Shown here piece after piece: positions 43,001 through 54,781 of a DNA stretch of 64,000 bases. The stretch lies in the NCBI RefSeq assembly GCF_030684315.1, contig NC_081362.1, positions 89,049,022 to 89,113,021 of the forward strand, in the 5' to 3' direction. Position numbers and translations under genes: made by a program. The notes beneath the pieces are model-generated. The model worked only from the letters and a program-made list of their open reading frames with translations, searched no databases and had not been told where the DNA came from. The stretch's first letter is position 1, and each line of letters opens with the position of its first letter. This stretch comes from Stegostoma tigrinum (taxonomy: Eukaryota).

Positions 43001-46000
43001 GTTAAAAGGTGGTGGAGATGTATGGGAAGGATAACAAGATCACTGTGATCTTTTGATATTTGTGCGATCACCTTCAGGAATTTCTTAGAATGTTTTCCCT
43101 GAAATAGGTTTGGATGTGTTAAATGTTCTTAATCGGTTGGTAGTACAATGGAGAAGCATGATGCTCAGTCGCTTCATGACTATTTGGGACAGCACCTAGT
43201 CCCTGCCTGTTCATTCTATCCATCCTCAGATGCAAGCCTAGCTAGTAAAGATAAGCAAACCTGACCAAGCAAAATGTTATATTTGAATCTACTCCATTCA
43301 TCACAATTTCCACACAAGAGAGGTTCTAGATTTAGGAGGGGATGGGGTGGAACTTCACTGCTGAAGACCGGACTAGCTCTTGCAAAATAAAGGATATTTA
43401 TCCACAAGGTGAAATCCTACTGCAACAGTAGCAATGTCAGGCAGGAGTAATGTCATTCTGAGGTAGAATTGGGAGAATGGATGCAGGAGAGACCGGATGA
43501 GTGAAATTACATTGATTTTCCATTCTTTCTTTTGTAGACATTCCAGAGCACAGTGGATTTATTTTTAAGCTCTGATTGGTCAATTACTTCATTTTATTGT
43601 ACATTTGCCTCCCAAAGTTATTCCCCACTCTCTTCCGGAGGTTAGCTGGAGCATTCTCCTTGCTTCCCATTTTGAACTAGCATTTCTTGCCCCTGTACAC
43701 GCTTGCGCCATTTGATATGATGTGCAGCTGTCACAAAAGACTGAACACCGAACATTGCCACTGAAAGTAAGCAACAGCTCTAGCAAAATGAAGGAGTTTT
43801 TGTCAAATTCCACTGAAACAATAGCAATGTCACGCTAATGTTTGGGGTGTAATGGGGGAAATGGATGCAGGAAATACAGGATTTACGCACATATGATTAT
43901 AAAAATGTGTAGTGATGTCCCATAACTCCAGTGATCAGATCAGCAGCAGGACACACATTGATTTTGTTATTCAGAGCCTAGGATAACTAATATTCCATCC
44001 TCATCATTACCCCAATTTAGCTAAGATAATTTGGCACAAACTGCAGTTTTAATCTGGGCTATTTTTAGGACATCTACTGCAACTTTTCATCAAGCGGTAT
44101 ATTTGCATAACAATAAATCATTCGTGGTTCATAATTTTAAATGTTATCCAGTGTTAATTAATGCCATTACTGGTCAAGCCAGATCCTAGACTGAAATCTG
44201 GCTTGTTGCGTTATATTTTTGTTTTGTTTTCATATGGTTTTTAACAAGTTCCTCTCTCATTGAAATATAAGCATGCAATGTTGCAGATTTGTCATTCATA
44301 ATAAAACAAGTATACTAAGCAAAAGGAATAGAGTTAAAATAGAATAATCCAGACCATTTCCTTAGAGCACAAGATTTGAGATGACAGATTTTGAAGCTCC
44401 AAATACAGTGTCAATAATCCCAAAAACACTCCATTACAGATCCTAAAACACCTCTATATGATACCCATAAGCATCCCTTGTACATTATTCACACCAGAAA
44501 ATTCCTATGTCCAACACTTCAATGGGTTTGACTCCAACCTGGAAAAGCTTAATGCTTCTTCCTGGAGCTATCACACATCTGAGCTTAAATATTGTCAGCT
44601 TCAAGTAACCTCTTCAGAGTTTTATCAAAACAGTTCCAGTCTGGAACCATCACTAACTCCTAACTCAAAGGTAATGTAGTGTTAGCAAATCTAACTACTT
44701 CTCCCTTTCCCGGGAGCAACCTTACACATAGAAACTTCTGCAGAACCGGCCAAAACAAAGTAAAACTGAAAAAAATCTCTCTATGCTATGGGTGTTTCCC
44801 CTAACCTTAAAAAGAACAAGTCCAGAAATTTCTCCCGAAGGTCTTGAGGCAATTTCCTACTAGGTTGTAAATCATCTGAAGGTAAATAAAAAATCAATGT
44901 CTGGAAACTCGTCCTCACAATCAGTTTTAAAAATATCATCATTGCTACAGAAACAATAAGTTAATTATTAACCCTTCAAAACACAGAAAAATCTGTTAGT
45001 ACATCAAAATCCAAAAATCGATACTTAAGACGAAAGACATTAGGGACGTTTCTAAATGCCAGTTTAAATCACACAAGAAATTCAATCAGAGACACTTACC
45101 TGTGGACAAGCGGTAAAGGTAAGAAATGAAGGGCTGAGGTCATGTCTAACCCACAGTCGAGCATAATGGTGGTTGATTTGAACTTCAAGACATTGCATGG
45201 CAATGTCGGATGACCAGACAAGCAGTACTGAGGGAGAAAGTAAAACGATATGGATTTCATTGCTGATAGAGCATACAAACATGCATAAAGTGTTCCGCAA
45301 CGTCCAATACCATTTGAGACTTTTCAGATTCTGAAGCCCTCCACGGCCGTATGTAGTAGACCTGGACAACATTCAGCATTGGGCGAACAGATAAGTGGCA
45401 ATTAATTCCAGTGTCACACAAGTTTCAGACAATGACCACCCCCAACCAGAGAGAGTGTAACCATGTTTCCTCGACATCACCACGACTGAATCCCCCACTA
45501 TCAACATCCAAAAAATAGCATGGCGTTTGTTTACCATTGGCCAGACACCGATTTGGAAGAACCATACCGTTATGATCGCAGTGAAAATGGACCGTCAGCA
45601 TTCAACTTCCATAATTTGAATTTAATGCATGAAACTTTCATGAATTAAAAATGGTTTTAAAAAGGACACTGCTGACCTAAATTGGCTGCTGTGATCACCT
45701 GACAACCTCAAGGAATTTATGTGGAATACAAAAAACTGGCTGCATTGGAAATACCATTTTAATCAAAAGGCACTGAAATTCAATAAGATATCAAGAAATT
45801 TGTATCTCGTGTTTTACTCGCACTTGCACGATGATTATACCTACTCGGAGATGAAATGTTGCCCACAACTAGCCAATTTGGAATGAAACAATGACAAATA
45901 CACCAAAATCTGTAAAGGAGTGGTATATCAACAGCAGCTTTTGAGCAAAGAGACAGAGAAAGAGCAATGTACACTAATAACGGCAAGTACACTGGAAGCT

Positions 46001-49000
46001 CTTCTCTCTCCTTCATTCAATCTCAGTCCCACAAACAGGCATTGATGAGAAAGAAACTCAGAAAATTGATGCACTGAGTATCCAAGCTCTGAAAAATGTG
46101 TCATTGATAAAGAAATAAGACAATGGTTAAACAGTTGGACTCTCACATTTTCATTCTCACAACCCACGGGACTCTTAAAAACTGTAACTGCATTTGCCTT
46201 TACTTTCCTGTCTGTACTACATACCTCTCTCTGCCCTCAACCTTTTTGCAAGCTCTGCATTTGTGTACCTTTATAATGTCATGCTTTCTTGTATTTTTAT
46301 AATAAAACACTCTTTTGCACTCAGGAAAACCTTGGAATTTTCTCTTCTTCATTCTTAATCTAGTTAATTAAGTTTGATTGAAGTGTGGTTGTTATGTGCT
46401 TTAAAATAACAAAAATTGTTGCAACTGATCACTTGAATTAGATTAGATTAGATTCCCTACAGTGTGGAAGCAGGCCCTTCAGCCCAACAAGTCCACACCG
46501 CCCCTTGAAGCGTCCCACCCAGACCCATCCCCCTATAACCCACACACCCCTGAACACTACGGGCAATTTAGCATGGCCAATCCACCTAACCTGCACATCT
46601 TTGGATTGTGGGAGGAAACCGGAGCACCCGGAGGAAACCCACGCAGACAGTCACCCAAGGTGGGAATCGAACCCAGGTCCTTGGGGCTGAGAGGCTGCAG
46701 TGCTAACCTCTGAGCCACCATGCCGCCCTAAAATAGAAAATAAAGAGTGGAGTTATGACCTCTCCTCACCTAGTTATAACAATATTAATACTGTGGCTAC
46801 AATGGCACATCAGAATCTGGGAATTCAGTGTTAAAGAACTCACTCCCTGACTTCCCAAAGGGTGTCTAACTACTTGGCTCAAATCAGGAATGTAATGGAA
46901 TACATTATTCTTGCCCAGAAGGTGGTTTCAACAATGCCATCCAAAACAAAGTAGCCCACTCAACTGGCATCCCATCTGCCATCTTCAACATTTATTGCTG
47001 TTTCTCTTAGGCAATTCCTCAGTATCCAAAGATAGTAAGAACTGCAGGTGCTGGAGTCAGAGACAACAAAGTGTGGAGCTGAAGGAACAGGTAAGTTCAG
47101 AAAATCCCTGAAGAAGGGTCCCGACCCAAAATGTCAACTTTCCTGCTCCTCTGATGCAGCCTGGCCTGCTGTGTTCCTCCAGCTCCACACTGTTATCCCT
47201 CAGTATCCAAGGTGATTTCCTTCTATTCTGGTTCAATTGGTTTTAGGTTGGCTGATAAACCCAATGCATGATCTGCAGTCCTGATGGTTTGGCCAAATGA
47301 CACATTTGGGAATTTATGTACCGTCTCCACCTGACAAAGTTTCTCGATGTGTTTTGTGCCTTTCTACTAAAAACCTTCTCCATTTTGGTGTGTTACCAGC
47401 CAGGCTCCCATTAGTCAGCAGGGATCTTTTCAGTACTGTTTTGAAGACACCCATAACCCTTAAAAAAAAAAATCACTAGCTCTACCATCAACATACAGTG
47501 GCAACTGTGCATAGCATCAACAAGATGCACTGTCACAACTTGACAAGGCTCCTGCAACAGAACCTTCTAAACCTGCAATCACTCCCAATGGACAAGGGAA
47601 GCAGACACATGGGAGTATGACCGGCTTGCAAGTTCCCCTCCAAGCCACACACATATTTGATTTGGAACCGTACTATCATTCTTTCACACTCACTGAGTCA
47701 AAATCAGGGAACTCCTTTCTTAACAGCGCTGTGGGTGTGCCTACACCAGATTGACTGCAGTAGTTCAGGAAGGTGACTCACCACCAGAGTCAGAAGGGCA
47801 ATTAGAAGATGAGCAACAAAGGCTGCCCTTCTCATGGACACTCACATTCAAAGAAAGAATTAACAAAGCAGAAAGAAAATATTTGGCTCCTTTTAAAATG
47901 ACAATACTGCCCACTATCCCTACGTGAATTAAGTCAAAACCAAACAAACTGCGGATGGTGGAAATCAGGAAAAAAAAACAAAGTCGCTGGAAAAGCCCAG
48001 CAGGTCTGGCAGCATCTATGAAGGAAAAAAAGAGAGTTAAGATTTCGGTTCCGGGTTCTGAGGAAAGGTCACCGGACCCGAAACATTAGCTCTGTTTTTC
48101 CCTTCACAGATGCTGCCAAACCTGCTGGGCTTTTCCAGCAAATTTGTTTTTGTTCCATGTATAAAGTCTCCTGTTTAACAGCAACTTGCATGTCACACAG
48201 ATTTTATGAAAGAGTTTCCAGCAGGCAGGAGGTCTCATCCCAACAGCTGCCTCATTAAAAGGCTTAAATTTCCAAGTTATTAAAGCTTCTTTTTTTCAGT
48301 TGCCATGCAGGTCAGTTGCTGCAGTGACTGACAGCCACCACCACACAATCTATGCTTTATGTAAACAATTTTAGAGGGGTGGGTTGCAAAAATGAATGCC
48401 AAGTTAAAGCAGAAAATATTAGAAGGGCTTGGTGTGCTGGATCGTGTCCTAGGCAGCAAAATACATAACCACAGTGTGGGGCAAGGGTGCCCTGGTCAAC
48501 CTTTAACCCTTGGCCAACATCACTACAACTGTGTCCAATTTTGGGCCCCACACCTCAGGAAGGTCATACTAGCGCTGGAGGGTGTCCAGCGGAGATTCAC
48601 ATGGATGATCCCTGGAATGGTAGCTTTAACGTATGATGAACGGCTAAGGATCCTGGGATTGTTCTCATTAGAGTTTAGAAGGTTGACCGGAGATCTAACA
48701 GAAACTTACAAGATAATGTATGGTTTAGAAGGGTTGGACACTAGGAAGCTGTTTCCGTTAGGCAGGGAGACTAGGACCTGTGGGCACAGCCTTAAAATTA
48801 GAGGGGGTAAATTTAAAACTGAAATGAGATGACATTTCTTCAGCCAGAGAGCGGTGGGCTTATGGAATTCATTTTCGCAGAGTGCAGTGGAGGCCGGGAC
48901 GTTGGATGCCTTCAAGGCAGAGATTGACAAATTCTTGATCTCAGAAGGAATTAAGGGCTACGGGGAGAGTGTAGAGAAGTGGTGTTGAAATGCCCATCAG

Positions 49001-49788
49001 CCATGATATAAATAGCGGAGTGGCCTTGATGGGCCGAATGGTCTTACTTCCACTCCTGTGTCTTATGGTCTGATGGTATGGTCTAACTCCAATGATTGCA
49101 CTGAATTCTGGAACAGTATCATCCTATGTTCTTATCTGATCATTAGCACAATCCTGATGGTGGGATTTTGATGTCTATAAATTAGCCACTGCCTCTCTTA
49201 CAATACAACCAGTGACTGCACTTCAAAACTCTTGCATTGGGTGCAAAGCATTATGAGAGGTTCTGATGTTGTGAAGGGTGCTACATAAATCCACATCTTT
49301 CTTAACAGCACAGTCGAAATACAAGCTAATAAGAAATAGCTGGATACAAAGTTTGTGTGGGGCGGATGGTGAGAGGGAAGACATTTTATGGACCATGGAT
49401 AGTTTCAGAGGTACATTTCTCATCCCTTTTGGTGAGAATAGATAAAAATACTCAGGGAGGGAGAAAGGGCGAAGCAATTAAACGTAACCCTCCAAGCAGA
49501 CAGTCCAGAGCATCCAAGTGCTCCCAGGAACCAGAGCAGACGGTCTCCAACGCCAGCAGATTATTCCAGACATTGACTGAAGCACAGAAACGTAAATAAT
49601 GTAAGTGGAACACAGACATGAAACTGCTTATATCATTTACATTGAAATGAAATGAAGCTGCAGACCCTTTTGATTTCTCTTGGTCTGATTTGACTCAACC
49701 TGCGTTCGCCATGAATACACAATAAGCACACCTCCTACTGTATGTGAGATGGGTTGAAATACATAAAAAAAATCCTCACCAGCTTCAT
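21866..49788 (-). CDS. INTS9: Integrator complex subunit 9, complete gene span (17 coding exons, 1977 nt, 658 aa)
   Basis: Exons join in frame with GT-AG borders from [29 protein letters not shown] to [12 protein letters not shown]; close match to vertebrate INTS9 as recalled. Confidence 0.97.
23285..23433 (+). repeat. Inverted 149-bp duplicate of INTS9 intron 15 end + exon 16 (24519-24667)
   Basis: Base-by-base comparison with the reverse complement of 24519-24667 showed no mismatch. Confidence 0.95.
23690..23998 (-). mobile_element. HE1/V-SINE-like SINE nested in another SINE remnant
   Basis: AACCTGCACATCTTTGGAC...AAACTCCACACAGACAGTC...GTGCTAACCACTGAGCCAC. Confidence 0.8.
24511..24648 (-). 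CDS. INTS9: INTS9 exon 16 (contains basic KKRKR cluster)
   Basis: [46 protein letters not shown]; 138 nt, phase 0-0. Confidence 0.95.
25575..25673 (-). CDS. INTS9: INTS9 exon 15
   Basis: [33 protein letters not shown]; 99 nt. Confidence 0.95.
26498..26665 (-). CDS. INTS9: INTS9 exon 14
   Basis: [56 protein letters not shown]; 168 nt. Confidence 0.96.
27867..27991 (-). CDS. INTS9: INTS9 exon 13
   Basis: [41 protein letters not shown]; 125 nt. Confidence 0.96.
28350..28521 (-). CDS. INTS9: INTS9 exon 12
   Basis: [57 protein letters not shown]; 172 nt. Confidence 0.96.
29219..29279 (-). CDS. INTS9: INTS9 exon 11
   Basis: [20 protein letters not shown]; 61 nt; AAG acceptor, GTAAG donor. Confidence 0.94.
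29726..29906 (-). CDS. INTS9: INTS9 exon 10
   Basis: [59 protein letters not shown]; 181 nt. Confidence 0.96.
30624..30965 (+). mobile_element. HE1/V-SINE-like SINE
   Basis: GCAGCACAGTGGCTCAG...TGTGGAGTTTGCACATTCT...GTTTCCACACTGTAGG. Confidence 0.8.
31278..31389 (-). CDS. INTS9: INTS9 exon 9
   Basis: [37 protein letters not shown]; 112 nt. Confidence 0.96.
31995..32129 (-). CDS. INTS9: INTS9 exon 8
   Basis: [45 protein letters not shown]; 135 nt. Confidence 0.96.
32898..33082. mobile_element. Palindromic Penelope-derived element (family B)
   Basis: AAGTTGCTGGAAAAGCTCAGCAGG / CCTGCTGAGTTTTCCCAGCAACTT inverted arms. Confidence 0.7.
33095..33397 (-). mobile_element. HE1/V-SINE-like SINE
   Basis: Same family as 9803-10087. 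Confidence 0.85.
34268..34388 (-). CDS. INTS9: INTS9 exon 7
   Basis: [40 protein letters not shown]; 121 nt. Confidence 0.95.
36193..36279 (-). CDS. INTS9: INTS9 exon 6
   Basis: [28 protein letters not shown]; 87 nt. Confidence 0.94.
38389..38528 (-). CDS. INTS9: INTS9 exon 5
   Basis: [46 protein letters not shown]; 140 nt. Confidence 0.96.
39349..39411 (-). CDS. INTS9: INTS9 exon 4
   Basis: [21 protein letters not shown]; 63 nt. Confidence 0.95.
39585..39778 (+). mobile_element. CR1-type LINE 3' fragment
   Basis: GAGCTATAGGGAG...TTTATAAAATCATGAGGGGC...GGAGTCCAAAACT matches 5000-5170 and 55810-55970. Confidence 0.75.
39963..40023 (-). CDS. INTS9: INTS9 exon 3
   Basis: [20 protein letters not shown]; 61 nt, AG/GT borders. 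Confidence 0.93.
40555..42175 (+). mobile_element. Rex1/Babar-type non-LTR retrotransposon, 5'-truncated and decayed
   Basis: [75 protein letters not shown]; ends AATAAATCAAATCAA. Confidence 0.88.
45100..45227 (-). CDS. INTS9: INTS9 exon 2
   Basis: cag|[42 protein letters not shown]|gtaag; 128 nt. Confidence 0.96.
46441..46728 (-). mobile_element. HE1/V-SINE-like SINE with (TCTAA)n tail
   Basis: Near-identical to 9803-10087; ATTAGATTAGATTAG tail on plus. Confidence 0.88.
47030..47198. mobile_element. Palindromic Penelope-derived element (family A)
   Basis: Inverted arms; CCTCAGTATCCAA direct repeat at about 47017-47029 and 47198-47210. Confidence 0.75.
47945..48155. mobile_element. Palindromic Penelope-derived element (family B)
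   Basis: GCTGGAAAAGCCCAGCAGGTCTGGCAGCATCT / AGATGCTGCCAAACCTGCTGGGCTTTTCCAGC. Confidence 0.75.
48525..49075 (+). mobile_element. CR1-type LINE 3' fragment
   Basis: [30 protein letters not shown]...GDLTETYKI. Confidence 0.88.
49780..49788 (-). CDS. INTS9: INTS9 coding exon 1 (MKL)
   Basis: ggacgATGAAGCTG|gtgagg; A at -3; at the edge of the CpG island. Confidence 0.85.
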
Positions 49789-49859
49789 CGTCCCTTTCAA
49801 GCAGCACAAACCGTTTCCATGGACAACCTACCCTCCCCAACCCCTCACACTCTTTCACC

Positions 49860-50400
49860 TTCTCTCCTCACGCGCCAGAAGATGAAATGTCAGAGTTCGA
49901 GGAGAGGAAGGCGCAACCGTCGACGTCGTCGTCGTCGTCGTATGTGGGGAACGCGCGTGCGCGACCCATGAGCCCCGATCGCAGGGAAGGCTGGGAACTG
50001 TAGTCCGAGCGCCGACCACGCCTCTCGCGTTACGGGGCCGGAAAGCTGAAGTTTCGGGTCGAGATCCTCATACAGAAAGGTTATTCTGAAGAAGTGTCGC
50101 GACCCGAAACGTCAGCCTTCCGGCTCCTCTGATGCTGCCTGGCCTGCTGTGTTCATCCAGCTCTACAACCTGTTATCTCAGATTCTCCAGCACCGGCAGG
50201 TCCTACTATCCCGTTTTGATGGGGGTTTAGTGTAGGGAGACTACATGTCCCGGCGTTCTGCGCGAGCGCACCTGCGCACCCCTGAGCAAGAGGCGGAGGG
50301 CGGGGATGAGGGAGGGACGGACGGACGGAGAGCTGGCCGCCCCCCGCCTCTTGTCGCTGTGGGAGCTTGATGTTGTTAATCATGGCGGGTCTGAGGCAGA
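49860..50400. promoter_or_regulatory. CpG-island bidirectional promoter shared by INTS9 and HMBOX1
   Basis: Dense CpG; ZNF143/SBS-type motifs GCTGGGAACTGTAGT (49990-50004) and ACTACATGTCCCGGC (50240-50254); GCGCACCTGCGCA NRF1-like site (~50266); GC boxes; YY1-like ATCATGGCGG (~50379). Confidence 0.85.
50037..50210. mobile_element. Family A Penelope-derived element inside the bidirectional promoter
   Basis: GCCGGAAAGCTGAAGTTTCGGGTCG / CGACCCGAAACGTCAGCCTTCCGGC inverted pair followed by the family A arm. Confidence 0.8.
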
Positions 50401-50597
50401 CAAAGGCGTTGAGACCTACTCCTAAAGTGCAGATTTAAGAAAGTTTCTCGCGTGGTGTTTTTCTCTTTTTTTGAAAGAAGGAAAATTTAAAAATATAAAT
50501 GAAACAGCTAGCTCCTTACTGGGTAAGAGAATGCACCCTGATTATGTTTAAATGGATGAGATTATTTCCAAGAATCGCAGAGGAAGCTGATAAGGTG
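50340..50597 (+). other. HMBOX1: Probable HMBOX1 5' leader exon
   Basis: Leaves the CpG island and ends at a consensus donor GTG|GTAAGT (50598); alternative donor GTAAGA at 50523; start is approximate. Confidence 0.55.
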
Positions 50598-53500
50598 GTA
50601 AGTGTTTTATTTATGCTTGACGGAGGCTGTTTATTTTTAATTTGTGGGTAGTAATTGGTAAGTCTGAGCTGTTTGTGTCAGGCTAATGTACATAATGTTT
50701 TGTTTCATCTAAATACTATTTAGTGTGTATGTGCTCATTGTGCAGAGAATCAACTCAGCTAGTTATCAGAACTGTCAAATTTCAAGGAAAATGCTGAGAT
50801 TTATAAGAAGAAAGGCAACACGTAGTTACCACAATCAAATGTGGTTTTGTTTTCCAGAGTGCACTGCACCAAAATACTGAATGTCGTTGAAAATAATGTT
50901 CCTTAAATTGTGAGATATGATATTTGGCATTAGGTCTCAATGGTGTTTTGAATTTAGGAAGGATTCTCCTTCGGAGGTTACGCAGGCAAGTTTCGAATGG
51001 GTTATTTTGTTCTACACAGTCTCACTGTTGTGACTACTTACGGGCAAGTTTCCATATGGAGGCAAAACACATGGAGCTGTGTGACTGAGTCATTCCAGTC
51101 TTCTGTGCTGGAAGGATGCTATCAATTCATGTTATTGTGTTTAGGGCCAGGTAAACACTTTAGCGATCACAGGTGGCCTAATATTCTTTAACTGTGACTT
51201 GAGTTTCTGCATTGTATGTTTTGAATTGGAGTTTTACTGTCTTATTTGTGCTACAGTATGAGCCATTGCTCCTGGATATCTTGTTAGATGAAGGCTATGC
51301 TTGTTATTGTTGTTTCATGTAAATTTAAAGCTGAGTATGGGGATATTTGTTAAAGCACAGATTTTAATGGATTAGGTTTCCAATAAATGGTATATTGTAA
51401 CACAACTAGATATTTTCAAATGTGCTGGAAAACACACTGGGATTACATTTTATGCGTGTTCTGTCATTTTTTAACGTATATCAGGGACTTGTGCAAAGAC
51501 AATAGCTGAATACAGTGGAGTTCTTAAATCGTGAGGCAGCTGTACAAACTTGACTGTGAATGGAGTAGCAGTGGTAGTCACATGTGGCCTTGTTAGAATG
51601 TCTGAAAGTACTTGAGTGAATGAGTGACAGATTTGGATCTGCCTCACTTAAAAGTGAACTTTTCAGCAGGCTGCATTAGTTTTTTTTTGTTTTGACTCAG
51701 CATGGTTCCTCTTATGATACACTACAACTCTGAGTTCACAGCTCAGGCATGGAATTTTGTGGATAGAAAAGCATTGGGGGGAAGAAAACTCTTGTACTGG
51801 TACAGAATTGCCTGATGCTGATTTAAGCAGAAGTATCTTGTCTCAATGCAAAACATGTAAAAAGCATTTGAGATTATTTTTCTCTTGTTGGCAGCAATCA
51901 GAACATAAATACAGCTAGTGATGAGCAAAGACCATTGAATTCATTTTTGAACTCACCCAACAGATGGCTAACTGCATCTTCAACTCCACAATATCTTCAG
52001 CTCCAATCTTGTGGGCTTGATAAATTTGGGGATTTATTACCATTTTTGTGTGGAGAATCTTTGGCTAAGGCCTTTGTTATTTGGCTGAGACTTTATACTG
52101 GGGTCCATCTGCCTCTTGTGCTATTTTGAAGGACAGTAAAATTATCTCCAGTGTCATGGCCAATGTTGTATCACTCACCATTACAAAAACCCAAAATCTA
52201 TCTTTCTTTGTGGGTGAGCTTGCTGTGTACAAATTGGCTGTAGACCATACATTTGCAATGTCTTAGAGTCATGCAGCATACAGATGGGCCCTTGACTCAC
52301 CATGTCTACACCAGACTATACTGATCCCATTTCCCATGCTTAGTCAATAGCCCGTTATGCCCTGGCATTTTAAGTGCTCATTCTGAGGTGCTGAAAACAT
52401 TTGGTTGACATTAAATTCCTTTTGCTGTTTACTTGCCCAAATATGAACTTTTTGCAAACCCTAATTGCAGTTCTCAATAAGCATTTTTTTTAGGGAATCT
52501 AGCAAGCTGATAACTTCTACCTTTATCCCCACAGTGTAGTGTTTGTACAAAGATTCCTGTAACCAATTTTTACTTCCTTCACATAGCATTATGCCTCTTA
52601 CAAATGCACAGTTTCCTTTTTTTGTCCAGTTTCTTATCCAGACCCACAATGTTCTCAGGATTTCCATGTATTGTAGTTCAACTAGTATCCTTTCAGTTGG
52701 GAATCTGTATGCTATTCTTTGGCAAAATGCAAAACTTGCATCACACAGTATCTCATTATTAAGATTTTTCTAAAATGCTTCACATAATATGCTTTTGAAA
52801 TGTAATGACTGTTGTTTTAACTGCAAGCACAGTGGCTAGTTTATGCATAGCAAGACCACAAAGAGTTAGTGAGACTAATAATGTACTTGTATTGTTCATG
52901 GAGAGAGAAATTTTGGTTAGCTAGCTGGAGAATTCCTGATCTTTTAATCATAACATGGGGCCTTCTAGATTCCTGAGAGCTGTGTTGAGGTGGCAGAAAT
53001 GATCAAAGATGGAAAGAAGGAAATCTTTCTTCAGATACAGCTGTAACCACTTTCAGTTTATCAATCCTTTATGTTTTTTATTGCTGTTGGCGGAATCCTG
53101 TGTTTAGCCTTTTTTATGAAGTTGTATGAACCAAATGTTAATTTATAATACAGTTGAGTGGATGTGTCTAGATATCTATCTATATCTTGAAATTTGCAAA
53201 GCGACAGACAGATTGTACCAGCAACAATATTGCATTTGCAACAAACAAGTTATTTTGATAATGACATCCAGCCTACAGTAATACCAAAGAAGTCTCTCAA
53301 ATCCTCTGTATGTGATCAGTAAACCTTCTGTAAGGCCTGTCACCATGCACAGAGGGTTCTGAAAGAACATTTTGGAATTTACAATATTTCCTGCAGAAAA
53401 GAGATTCAAGCCAGCTGCAACTGATCTATCAAGCCATCTCTGCCATGAGTTTGTGTGTGCAAAGTGACTTTAGCTACAGATCAATGTTTGGGATGATCTG

Positions 53501-54438
53501 TGAATTACCCATTTCTCCTGAGTTTATGTCACTTGGCTAAAATACTTAAGATAAACTGTTGCAGAGTTTTGTTTTTCATCAAATCTGAAGGTTGTGTGTG
53601 AGACTTAGTTTTCAAGAAATGTAGTATATATATTTTCGTAAAGTGTTTAAGAATTAACTGGGTTAGTATTTCAGAACCATGATTGTAAACAGCGTCCGGA
53701 GTATTAATGGGAAATTTATTTACATGGTCAAGAATTATGACAGGGGAAAAAAAAATTGGAAGACATTGTCCTAAACACACAAGTAAATTAATCAAGGAAT
53801 GACTTTACCCCAGCAAAATCCAAAGAATGGAAAGCTTTTGGGCAGTCCTAGGAAACTTGATGCAAGTCAGATGCAAGTATAGTTTTTCCTGGATCCCCTT
53901 GTTCAGATCAGTGAGGGAATAAGTTAGCTCAGGGAAAGAGTTTATTTTGTGAAAAATCCAGACCCACAGTATTTAGTTGGAACCCTGCAGGCTATTTAAA
54001 GAAAGCTTAAGCTCTTTAATTGTGTGAATATTCAAGAAAAATGCTTTACAGATCACAAGACTGGAACTGAGAAGAAGTTAAGTCAAACTTACAGGTTTTA
54101 TGGGATGAGAAAATCTTTTGGTGTTTTGATTAACTGTATAGTGGTAGTGTTGGGGAATAGATGGGATTTTGTTTTGCCCTGTATTTTGAAGTATTTCAAA
54201 CTGTTGTGTTAGCTTGGTTAGATCTATTCTAATTTGATTACAACTGTGTAATAAACTTGTTATATTGGTGAATCAAAATCTATAGCCTTCTGTGTTTGTT
54301 TCAGTGAAAGACTGCCATTTTAAAGTTGAAAAAAAATTATCTTTAAAGCCACATTTAGTTCTGTGATCTGACTTGCCCAATAGTAACATCAGCTGAGACT
54401 ATCACACTAACATTTTTTTTCCGCTTTACACCCATACT

Positions 54439-54781
54439 GGATGTGAGTTTGCTCCCTGAGCTAGAAGGTTCGTTTTCAGACGTTTTGTCACCACTGTAGG
54501 TAACATCATCAGTGTCCCACTTTCTATTTATCTGTTTAGGTTTCCTTGGGTTGGTGATGTCATTTCCTGTTCTTTTTGCATCACCAACAAATGACATCAC
54601 CAACCCAAGGAAACCTAAACAAATAAATAGAAAGTGGGACATAACACCAGCGCTTCACCGGAGGCTCACTGATGATTTAACCTACAGTGGTGACAAAACG
54701 TCTGAAAACGAACCTTCCAGCTCAGCAAGCAAACTCACATCCAGAACCTCAACCTGAGCTACAAATCTTCTCAAAACTCGC
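54439..54781. mobile_element. Long fold-back element (family D) with 13-bp target-site duplication
   Basis: TTACACCCATACT at 54426-54438 and 54782-54794; nested inverted arms. Confidence 0.85.

Noticed and set aside
54355-54757. Two opposite-strand ORFs with identical N-termini (MSHFLFICLGFLGLVMSF)
   Set aside because: A consequence of the palindromic element, not genes.
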